A DNA stretch of 54,335 nt. Origin: Klebsormidium nitens. Its lineage: Eukaryota > Plantae > Klebsormidiophyceae. The notes under the pieces were generated by a model that was not told the DNA's origin, did no database searches, and saw only the letters and a program-made list of their open reading frames with translations. Numbering within the stretch: the stretch's first letter is position 1; every line of letters starts with the position of its first letter. Positions 35,244 through 45,989 of the stretch are shown one piece after another. Position numbers and translations under genes: made by a program. The DNA lies in the NCBI GenBank assembly GCA_000708835.1, contig DF237536.1, forward strand, positions 1 to 54,335, given 5' to 3'.

Positions 35244-38200
35244 TTTGGCAGGCAACCAGACAAGAATTATTTTAAGCACTTGGTACGCCACAGTTGGCCG
35301 GCCTGGCCGAGCTTTCAAAGCAAGGCTCGGGTTTACACATGTTGTGGGCCCTGTAGATTAGCTTGCGCGCGGCACACACCATTGCCTGTGGCGCGCGGGC
35401 AAGTTCGGGGCGCCCTTTCAGAGTCGCACCCAAAAGTATCAACATGCATCGGCAGACAGCAGAGAAAAGCAGAAGGCTGCGCGCAATCATATTTCTCCGA
35501 CGTGTTGCGATCTTTCGAGGACCTGATTCAAATATATATCACTGGGAGACTGGTACACCTTTTCTCCTTTGGTACTCCTTTGCAACTGCTTACGTTCAGA
35601 GTATTTCAGACAGTGGACTTCCGTTTTCGGGGCGGCCCTGCGAGTTCGATGAGGGGTTTGTCCAAAGCCTTTCAGCACCCTCAGGACGCAGATTTAAGAA
35701 GATAACGCTAAACTAGTGTTGATGTATCGAGCAATCATCACTTTCGAAGGGCAGAATACTTAGTACCTCACTGGTGATACGCCCTTGATCTTCCGAAATT
35801 TTCCGAATTCCTCCTTCCATCACTCAGTATCAAGTACAACGTATTAAACACTGCTTGCGTCCACATAGAATCGTTTCGGCATCTTGTTTGCTGGTCCCCT
35901 TTTACATTCAAAACTGGACAGGTAATCTATTAAACAATGTGTATCGTCTTCCGACGGCTAAAAGTCATTCCGCCGCTTTGCACGGCCTGGCGGGTGATCG
36001 CGAGGCCGGACCATCGCGCTTTTGTCAAGCGCTAGAAAGCCCAAGTCCTAAAGCCCTTTAAACCTTCATCAATCAGTGTATGAGTACGATTCAAGAGCTG
36101 TCCACTATAATGGACGGGGAAGCGGACATGACTTTCGGGGCACGCTCAAAATTGGAGGATCCCCTTGAGAATTCTCGTAGAACAGGAAGACACGTGGCGA
36201 AGGGGTGAGCCACGTGAGGGGGCGGCTCCAGGGGAGCGCTGGGTTCATCTGGCCGAGGAGCATTCCCGGTATAGAGCGGGCCCAAAACGTATTACGAACT
36301 TTTTAAAGAGGAGAAGCCATCTGGCAACGAACGAGACCGACAAGAAAGGGGACCACGTGACGGCTGACGAAGATGTGACGGTCGAATATGGCTCAGCGAT
36401 TGAGGCTTGTCATAGCTGTGCACTTACGGTTAGCTGTGTCTCTGCAAAAACATAAGCCTAACGAGTGCAAACGAGAGTGCTCCCCCACTGAGAAAGGGCT
36501 TCTCCATATGGTTCGTTCGTCCATGTTCCTCGTCGGTTTCTCAACCAGACCCTTCGTCCCGTCCGTCCGGAAGGAGCTTTTTCTGCGATCAGCTTTGCAA
36601 TCAGCATTTTTTTGAAAAAAAGTTTCATAATCCAATCCAGGTGAGTCAGGCTTTTTCGTAAACCTTCTCTGAGGAACTGGCAAATATGACCCACAGATGC
36701 TGGGAGCGCTGACTCAAAGCTTTGTGTTCGGAGCGGATCGGAGTACGGACCCCGCTCTCAGGAGGCCGTTGGAATCGGTGTGCTGTCTGGTCAGAGCTTT
36801 ATCTGTGCCAACTACTCGTGGAAAGCATACTATATAAGTATCCAAAAGAATTACACGAACTTAGTGGCTTAAGAGAACCATCCTTACACACCAACTGCGG
36901 ACACTGTCGGAAAGTCGATCGTTCTGTTTGACAGTTCTACGGCCTACCTCACTCTTCCTATATTCGTTCCTTTCCTCCGTCCGTCATCTCGCGACCACCT
37001 TCCAAGCCCGAATTTGACAATCGAGGGTGCTTCGAACAAGAGCTCTCACAAAAGCCATTACGCGCGATGCGGCCGCGGGTATCAAAGTTGACCGGAGCGT
37101 TTACACGTGCATTTTGAAAGGCGCCAAGGGGCCGCTTGCTGCTTGAACCCGCCTCTCCGGGCTGCATCTGTTCTTGCAAAGACTGGGTTAGTCTCGCCAG
37201 CACTCGGTTCACCATTTACGTCCGCCCGCCAACTACAGGGATGTTGAACGTCAGATCAGTTCGTTGAGCTAACTGCACAATAGTTGCTAGGCGGCCGATC
37301 TCATCGGCTGCGGAGCCCCTCGACCCAGGTCCTCACATGTCTCAGGCTCTGTGCAGGCCGTCTTATTTGCGGCTCATGATCAGCCGCTGGAGCTGCTTGT
37401 CGATCCACCTGGCAACATCGAGTTGAGGATGTTGCCATGTTTTTCGATTGATTCGGCAGATCACGAGATGGACCTTTCTGCCTTTCATGCAAACGTGGGT
37501 TGCTCTCCTTCCGTAGGCTTTCAGCTCCGCTGCCTTCATTCGGCCGACGGTAAGATGATTCGCGTGACTAGCGAATTGTGTTGGAGAAGAACTTGCTGCA
37601 AGAATCTGTGTCCGCGCTCGTCGGTTCTCGGTTCTCGGTGCTTTGAGTGTGAAAGGTTCAGGCGATGAGCAACCGGCTTCCGTGCCAGTGCTATCCTACA
37701 ACCTCTTCTCAAAGCGGTTACGTATCTAGCAGACGGACGACGCACAACGCTTACCGGTACTGCCTGCCACTCTCTCGGTTGCGTCTTAATCCTTTGAGCT
37801 TTCTGACCCGGATCACGTTTACGGGCCGGGTACTCAGGTTAGTGTAAACGGCGGTAGTTTTGCCCCTGGTTTTCTTTCTCCGGCCGGCTTCCTATAACGC
37901 TCGCCACCTCCCCGCGTCCAGAGATAGTTTTAAGTTCGTTCCAATAAGGTCGAGAGAGGAGGATTTGGTCTTAGCAGAAATTACAGGGGTTCTGATTGAG
38001 TTGCACTTCACTTATCATGAAGAGGTCCCCGTAGTACTGCCGATATCTTGGAGTGCGCTCAACCACTGTTCGTCACTTAAAAGACGGCGAATTCAAAACG
38101 AGTCTGAATAAAAAGTCCTACTGTTGGACTAACCATGCCACAAAATTTGAATCAACCTGATTTGGTAGTCGGTACCCACTAAATATAAGTCCCTTTTTGA

Positions 38201-41200
38201 TTGGCGTTGAAGTTCTCCTCGCTGCGTGCATCGAAAACTGGTGCTTTATGAGGGTCTTATTCTCTCCGTAGCCCCTTTCGAAGGCTATTAGTGACACGTG
38301 GAAGGCGCGCAAAAGCCTCAAGTCGCCAACCAGAAGACGAAAGCTTCGGCGCGCTTCTCCTACTGCCGGAAACAGTTCTGGCGGAATCCTGGACCAACTG
38401 TATAGTCCAGTGAATATATAAAGGGAAGGGACGGCGGCGTTCAGCTCTCAGGTCCTGAAATGCACGGGGACGATGAGATTGCCGTCTATGCATCTCGTCG
38501 CGTACGGCGACTTTTTCCAAACAGCATTGTGGCCTTGAGAACATTCAGTTGTCATCTGACCATTGGACCTCTCTGGGCCACTGACGCTCCTTTGTAAGAC
38601 GCCCGGCGGACGCTAGCTAGGATAGTGTTCGCCGTTCTATAGCTACAGTTTCCAATCTAGTTCGTTGATTCGTGTCTGCAGCTGGAGTTCCTCAGTGAGG
38701 GCGCGGGGCTAACTCAATGCGTCTCCCTCTAGAGGAAGGATACGCATGGCCATTCTGTATCTATGTTTGATTCTCCAAGTGTGACAAGACTTTCTACATG
38801 TAGAAAGAAGAAGAGCTGCGCGCCATCTGGTCCGTCACGGTACGTTCACACAGCACACGGCCGCCGCACGGACATGATGCCCCGCGCAGCATGCGGCGGA
38901 GCCGCGTAGGCGCGCCGCGCTGCTAAGGGCCTAGCAGGCTGGGTTGTTCTGACAAACATAAATTCGCATGCACCATGTGCATACAATAATCTACGGATTC
39001 TGAATGCAGTATTGATTCATTGGTCGGGCAAATCATGCAATGTACTATGAAGGGCGGAAACGACGGTCGAGTCGCGGCTGCGCCGCGACCGCCGACGGTT
39101 CGGCATACCCGGCGTCCCGGCCAGAGCTTTCGCAATGATCCCGTCACTACCGCAACTTGGCAAGCTGAGGCAATGATGCTGGCTATTATCCTCGGAGCCT
39201 GCCTTTGGTGCGGAAGCTGCCGGCAGGCTGTCCGCCCACAAGCCAGCACGGCGGTTGGCAGCAAAAGACCAATGTCATTTGCATTTCAACCTGATTGTAT
39301 GCACTTTAAGAGATTACGAAAAAACGTACTATCTCAAGCTTGCGTCCAGCCTACGTTATGCCAATGGCACATGCATGCGATCAGCGCCGCGCTGATTTAG
39401 CCTGCGGAACCGGCCACGACTTTATTGATGGAAATGTAGAGACTCATCGGAAAGCTGGGCATACTGTAACCTTGGAAAAATCGTGCAACTGTGCGGATGT
39501 CTGTACCGTCAATCTTTCATATTCTTCTCTACGTTCTCCTAGGTACTTAAATTACCGTATGGCATCGCCGAAGTGGAAGTTTATGGCGATGCCGGCACCC
39601 GCTCTTACGTGTCCTCTTAGCAAACCGTGCCGAGCGGCCCTAAAACTTCCGGCCCGTACTCAGCGGAACACTCTTTCCAAACCGCTCAAGAGCGGACATC
39701 CTTGAAATTGGTCACCGCTGTTCCAAACCTACACCTTGCCCCCACCCAGCGCCACCGTGACCCCGAGGAAATAAATAGTCTCGCCGCCCTGGCCTCCGCT
39801 CACTTCGGCCCCCCAATTGGCGCCACGTGCTCTCTGTAGACTGTGGCCAGCCCTGCCTGTCGGCCGTTCCGCCGCCTCAATCGGTCTTCGTGACACCGAG
39901 CCGCGCTCAAGCAACCAACCGGGCCGTGGTCAAACGGGCTGCCACGTGTGCACCGATTTTTTTCGTCGACGCATGGCCCGCGGCTTTAACGGGCGCCCAC
40001 CGAGCGCGCCGTTGTCCATCTTTCCTGCTAGGATTAAGAGCGAGCGCCGAAAGTCGCACTTTCTTGCTTGGGCCGTGCTTTGGATCTGGAGAGGTCCTGA
40101 CCGCTGTGCTGGAGGTGCAGCGTTTTTCTTTGCGATCTGTTCGATGCGAAGTTCGTCGGTTGCGTTCCTCCTCTTCAATCATCTGATCGATAAGAAAAGT
40201 AACGGAACCATATCAGACTCTAATCTGGAGCGAATAGACGACCATATATATCGGGACTTTTATTCACAAGGGAGGGTTGCTCTGAGATCTGGCCTGCCCA
40301 CCGGGCCGGCGCGCCTTCGACCCAATTTGAACGGAACCGAAAAAGGAGCATCTTTGCTCCGAAAAGGCGGGATACTCTTTGAAGCAAAGCGGCACCAGAA
40401 GCGTTGTTTCCTGAGTCGACAGCGGTTTAGACGTACGTGTCACCCCGGAGGCAAATTGAACCGCTTAACTTTCTTCTTCTGCAGCGCTGGGCGCCAACGC
40501 GAACTTTTTCCACATGGAGAACACCGGAAAAACTGCCGCAATTGACCACTGCGCACTGTATCACCTAGCTATTGCGTCTTCAAAGTATCGTCTAGGCTGT
40601 TCGCTAAGAGTTGCTCTCTGATGTTTTGAACTTAGCAGTTTGTCGGCCAAGTTCTGTGATTGACTCTGATACCGAAGTTGTCAAAAGACTCGACTCCGGA
40701 AATTAATGCTATGATCAGGAAGCGCCGATGAATTGGTGCACCGTGTTTCGGCAGTCAACATGATTTTGTCCCACTTAAAAAGACCGGAAACCTTGCCCCG
40801 TAACTAAGTTCACCCGTTCACCCGCGCAGCCGTCGGCACCCCCCTTGTCCCGGAACCAGAACGGGGGGCTTGAAACCAACAGACCTTTCGTCCTCAACCT
40901 TGATGAGTGGACAGGCATGTGATAGTTTAGAACGACTTCGCATTAGAAACCTTGTGACATCCTAGGTCGATGGAGGAAACTCGTCTCACCTCAAGTACAG
41001 AGAGCAATCTGTGTGGCCGCGGCCGCGGCCGCGGCCGCTCAGCCTGTTACCGGCGCCGAGAGCGCTGGTCTCCCCTGTTCCCCCCACCTGTCTTGTTCGT
41101 CCCGGTTGTTCTCTTGTTGATGACGGCCACTTCGATGGGCTTCAAGCTGCACAATAGAAACGGACCCGCTTTGCAGCCAAATCTATGAGTCAAATTTTGG

Positions 41201-41710
41201 ATAGGAAAGGAATCTGCTTGAGTTTTGTGCGATTGAAGACGCCTTGTGGAAGGAGCTGGTGAGACATCCTGTTCAACCCAATCAGGAAACGCTTCATGTC
41301 CTGGAATTGTCAAGAGTATTCGGTCATATACAGAGACGCGGGTGATATTTGTACCAGAAAGCTATACAGAAGAAAGAGGCGACTTACAAAGCGGCTTCCT
41401 CAACGATGACAAAGACTGTAATTCACATGAGACAAAACTTGAGATCGGCAGCCAATCAAGCAATCTTCCATTTGCGGATCTTACGTACGATTATGCTTCT
41501 TTCAGAGAGGAAGACTGACAAACCGCCTCACAAAAAAAGGGATGTTTGCCTTCGCACATCGATGGCTGGCTGAGAGAAAATTCCGCGCCGGGTTCGGTCT
41601 TGTCTAAAGCAAGTTGTCCCTGAGGTTGGAAAACTTTGCGACTTCAAGACCGACAGCCGGGCGGAAGCCCACCTTCTTGTCGTATAGTATTCGAAGTGGT
41701 AAGCCCTTAA

Positions 41711-41870
41711 AGAGGGCGTCTACCCACGTGGTACTCCGGCGGTCCCTTCGCAGCAACTCCACATCTTGTGTCGCCAAAAATTTGGTCACGTGGTTCCAGA
41801 TTTAGCGACCAAACTACCGGCATACGGGCTAGTTGGTCGCCGAAGCGTGACGGGTCCCAGGACGCCCCCT
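41711..41870. mobile_element. Tourist/PIF-Harbinger-like MITE, 160 bp
   Basis: TIR AGAGGGCGTC ... GACGCCCCCT (10 bp, 1 mismatch), flanked by TAA at 41708-41710 and 41871-41873. A related fragment lies at 50458-50535. Confidence 0.6.
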
Positions 41871-42367
41871 TAAAGATTCTCCGGCTTCTCCGCGGCGGGC
41901 GGCGCCTGGCGGCCGCGCGCCCCCGCGGCGCATCCAGCCTGGCAGGGCAGGCGGGGCCGGGCCGGAACTTGCCTTAAACGAAGCGTTCCATTCCGGTAGT
42001 CCGCCAGGCGGTGCGGCAGCGGACCGCCGGAGTCCGGACACATGTACCTGCGACCGAAGACGTCGTGTGAGCGTCCGAACGAGGTCTGGCGTGTGCGTCT
42101 AGATTCTGCGGACTTGGTGTTGACTTCTTGTTGGAAATGAGAAATGTAAGATAACCTAAATCTCTTCCCCGTCCTTTCTTGTTAGCAATTAGAATTTTGA
42201 ATTAACCTGAACTTGTTCCCCTTCCCCGAACGAGTCTTTTCCAGGGCGTGCTCTTCTCCAAATGCCCCAGCGAACAAATTCGGCTGCAGCAGACTTGTGG
42301 GCATCCGGGTTGCACTTTCAAAGCTTGAAGAAGCTGAAACCGGTCCCGAATGTTCAACGATTAATCT

Positions 42368-42452
42368 TCAAGTTGAACTGGGTGCCGCATCTTCAAAGAT
42401 GAGTGTACAGGAAAGTGATCGTCAAGCTGAACTTGGTGCCGCATCTTCAAAG
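42368..42452 (+). repeat. Two 31-bp direct repeats at a 54-bp (in-frame) period
   Basis: TCAAG(T/C)TGAACT(G/T)GGTGCCGCATCTTCAAAG at 42368 and 42422; reads Q(V/A)ELGAASSK twice in ORF 42213-42461. Confidence 0.85.
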
Positions 42453-44172
42453 GAATTGTAGAGGCAAGGAAAGGACAAAACACAGGAAGCGAAGACTGTT
42501 TACCCCACCTCCTTTGTCTGAAAAGTCCAGTCCCACAAGCGCGCTTGCCTGCGCTCGTGTGCGCGCGCTCGCGCGCGCGCAGTCGTGGTGCGGCAGCCCA
42601 GCCCCTCATTGGCACCGGGGTGGTTATCCAAAACTTTCCTGGACCGGTGTTATACTTTCCGGCGATCCGTCTCTTGCTGACCGTCTGACCCGCCGAAATC
42701 CACTCTGCAAAGTCAACAGACGATGCCATCAGATAGGATCCACTTCAAGACGGGGCACGAACGCTCTCAATAATTTCTCCCTTGGACGTCTTGTCTTCTC
42801 GAGGACGCTGCTCGCTTTGAGATCGTCGTCAGGTTAAGCTGGCAAACGCCTCGTCGAGACTCGAGTCGAATGCTTTGCAGAACTCTGGCAATTTTTCAAG
42901 CCCATGGGAAATTTGACGGACCCGGTTCACCAAATTGATTGCGATACACGTGGTCTCACGGACTGAATAGGGCAGGCCTGTCAGGATGCAACGTAGCGAA
43001 CATGAAACGAGGCATAGAAGCGAGTAAGCATAGGGCCGCTCGACACCCCAGCCCTTACCGTGCGGCTGGTAGCATGATTTGGCAAAGAGGTTTCCGGCAA
43101 TCGGGAAGCGAGAAAGAATCGAGCGGGCTCAGTCAGCCGTTCAGTCGTCAGCTACCCCTCAGTCGGAGTTGCTATTAAGATTCGAATATCTAGACAAAGA
43201 GTTTTGTGCCCCAACCTCGACATAACAAATGGCAGTCATTACTCACGGGTCTACAGCTAGTTGAAATGCCGATTGACGAGGATATAGTAGGTAAAAGGCT
43301 GTCTCACTTCCAGTTCCTTATCACCATAGACCGTCGGCTTTTGGGCGCGGCCGCGGCCGCGGCCGCCCAGCGCGTCACTGGCACCAAGGGCGCTGGTCTC
43401 ACCCTTCTCCCCGACCAGTCTTATCCGTCCCGGCCCGTCTCTTGCGAAATGCTTCTTCTCTGCACGGAATGCTTCTCACGCTGCATAGAAGGAATGGATC
43501 ACGTTTGTCGCCCATCTCACGAGGTGGAAGTAATTCTCAAGAAGGTCAGTCGTCTGACTTCTCTTTGTAATCGAAAGACGACGATTGGAATCGGTTCATC
43601 GGACAGCCGTCCAACCGGGTCAGATAATGCGTCGAATTTCTGAACGTTTAGACTCTGTGGCCAGTATCTACAGACGTCAGAAGAATTATCGTTTAAAAGA
43701 GGTGCGCTTCCTGATCTGCATGAAAAACCAGATTAGAAGAGCCAACGACTTCTTCAAAGCCATCGAACAGAAAATCCCTGCAGGTACTTTGAATGTGTAC
43801 GCCACTGTAGAGGACACGACTGTTCAACCCCCTCACGAGGGTTGGGAGCAGAGTACTTCTCGGTTGCTCTCGCATTAACTCCGTTGACCGATAAAAGGTT
43901 TTGGGGCGGGGGTTCTGCCCTGCCGAAACCGCTGTGCCTGAGATCTTCTAAAATACAACGGACGGACCGACAGCTAAGCGGAACCTCACCTTCCTGCCGT
44001 CCAGAGTCCAAGCGGTCAACCCTTGGAGAACTCTATGCTCGACCGGTCCGCTACCGTTTCCGGCCAGCGCTTGTACCAGCGGATTCCGTTTCTCCCGTTC
44101 CCTGAGGAGGTCGTCCGCGCCCAGAGCCTGTATCGTTCTCTAGATTCGGTATAGTAAGCTCAAGTTGTAGTA

Positions 44173-44245
44173 ACTGGGACGGGTAGGGTTAGTCTGTAGT
44201 TAGGGTGGGTACGGGTGCGGAGCGGGTGATTATATGGGTCTGGGT
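44173..44245 (+). repeat. G-rich (GGGT)n-containing repeat, copy 1
   Basis: ACTGGGACGGGTAGGGTTA...GGGTGGGTACGGGTGCGGAGCGGGT aligns by eye to 49952-50027. Confidence 0.7.
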
Positions 44246-45989
44246 GTTTTATTTTAGCTTCCGTTTTACTATAACGTGAGCTTACTCCTGAGTATTCTAG
44301 AGAAGTTTGGAGTCTGTCCCCAGTTGTGCACCCGCACTGAGACACAAGGAGGGCAACCGGTCATGGCCTGTTCAAAGTCTTTGACGACAGCAGGATCTGT
44401 GAAGGCACTGAAATTCGACGCACTGTCAAAAAATGAAAGCAACATCCTTTCACTGTCGCTTCTTTTACTTGAGCGACACTCATTTCGACACTCATGTCTA
44501 GAATCATTTCCTGTCCACTATTGGACCTGCTCACAGATACCTGCCGGGAGCTTTTGGCGACGACTTTCCACTTTTTCTTGTCCAGTCTCCAATGAGATTA
44601 TCGACAGCAGGCAGCCGCCGGGAAGTGAATGCTCAAATTCAGAGTAATACAAGATCCACGGACTCCGCATTCAAGGTACCGGAAAAGAGTAATCGACACA
44701 CCAGCTCGATTCATTAGAGACAAAAGCGGACAGCGCAAACAGCGACGGAGGAACTTTGGCCCACCTCTCGTTCCGTAAGGAGACTCCCCGCGCATGTTCG
44801 CGCATGCGCCCGGCCCGTTATCGGCACCGAGGGAGCAGATCCGTCACCTCCCCAGGACCAGTTTTATCCGTCCAGCTCGCCTCTTGTGAACGTCTGCCCG
44901 CCGGAATCCACGCTGCAACGTGAGATAGGAGAGGGATTGGATTGCTTTCAAAAGAAGAAGGGGCAAGAAGGCTTTCTGAAGAGCTCCTCCCGTAGACATA
45001 CCCCTCGTCCGACCCCTCTTGTGAACCGGTCTTATCCTTCCCAGCCCGTCTCTTCCTGAGCGTCTGTTTCGCCATGATTCATGCTGGAGGGCAACACAGA
45101 CGAGGCCAAGACACTCGGATCTATTGATTTCGATGATTCTGATTTCTCTTTCCAGCTGGAAAGTGTTTCTCCTCGCAGACGCTGCGCGCAGCTGGACCTC
45201 AGGACTGGAGTGGAGACTTGAGGAATTGCAAATCCCACTTTCTCGTGTGCTGAACCAAGTTTAGTCGCAAGCCTTTCTAGTCGGCGCCGGAAAGAAACTG
45301 AGTTGGTTTTGAGGATGCTGGGCCATGACTGACCCCTCACCCCAGGATTCAAGCATTGTGTTGGCGATTATTGGACAACATTGAAAGAGCACCTGAAGTG
45401 TCGCTTGGAAATCGCCCTGGAGTAACGTGACAGGGCCAGGTTTCCAAGAAGATGGTGTGTTGCTGCAAGGAGTGCTTGAAAACCTTCCACAAAACACAAC
45501 TTATATTGCAAATATATGTAGCGAAACCCAACAATGTAGCAGTGAACAGACAACACGTGGTTAGACTATACGGCCCCTGCCCTCAATAGCCTGTCATTAA
45601 GCAATGCAGCTTCTTTTTGTAAGCTCTTACAGACAATTAGTGAACAATCAACAGTTGTACATATAGTGGAATTAAAGATAACACCCTTCTGCCATGCATT
45701 GATCAAGAGAATGCAGTTACAGTGGCACCGTGCAGGCACTGAGTAACTAACTGGGTAGGAGAAGGGTTCTCAAGAAGGTTTTGTGAGCTAGCAGGAAGCA
45801 AAAGACAGATTCAAGCTTAAGTCAATTCAGCATAGCCTGCCATTGGAGAAACATGACGCAGCATTGCTGGCAGCTCCTGCCTGTCATGATCTAATGTTGC
45901 TCAAACGATGAGATGCATGTCAATTGAAAACCCTAATTCATTTCGACAGAATCGTCTGAATCTTTTTGAGCAGAGACTCCTTTCTGCAG

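Larger units (their letters stand above)
41014..45058. repeat. Dispersed repeat family, right cluster (5 copies: 41014-41116, 42590-42680, 43345-43446, 44815-44890, 45024-45058)
   Basis: Same module and orientation as the 24688-26860 cluster. The 43345 copy shares a 36-bp identical stretch with the 24688 copy. Three copies in the family are preceded by (GCGGCC)n. Confidence 0.8.

Noticed and set aside
39817-40545. 242-aa plus-strand ORF
   Set aside because: Low-information composition, no domain signal, no splice-supported extension.
24688-45058. Eight-copy repeat family as a CRISPR array or true integron
   Set aside because: Spacing is irregular at 0.2-1.6 kb, copies are diverged, the context is eukaryotic and no cas or integrase gene was seen. 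Only the general idea of a cis-acting site is kept as a hypothesis.
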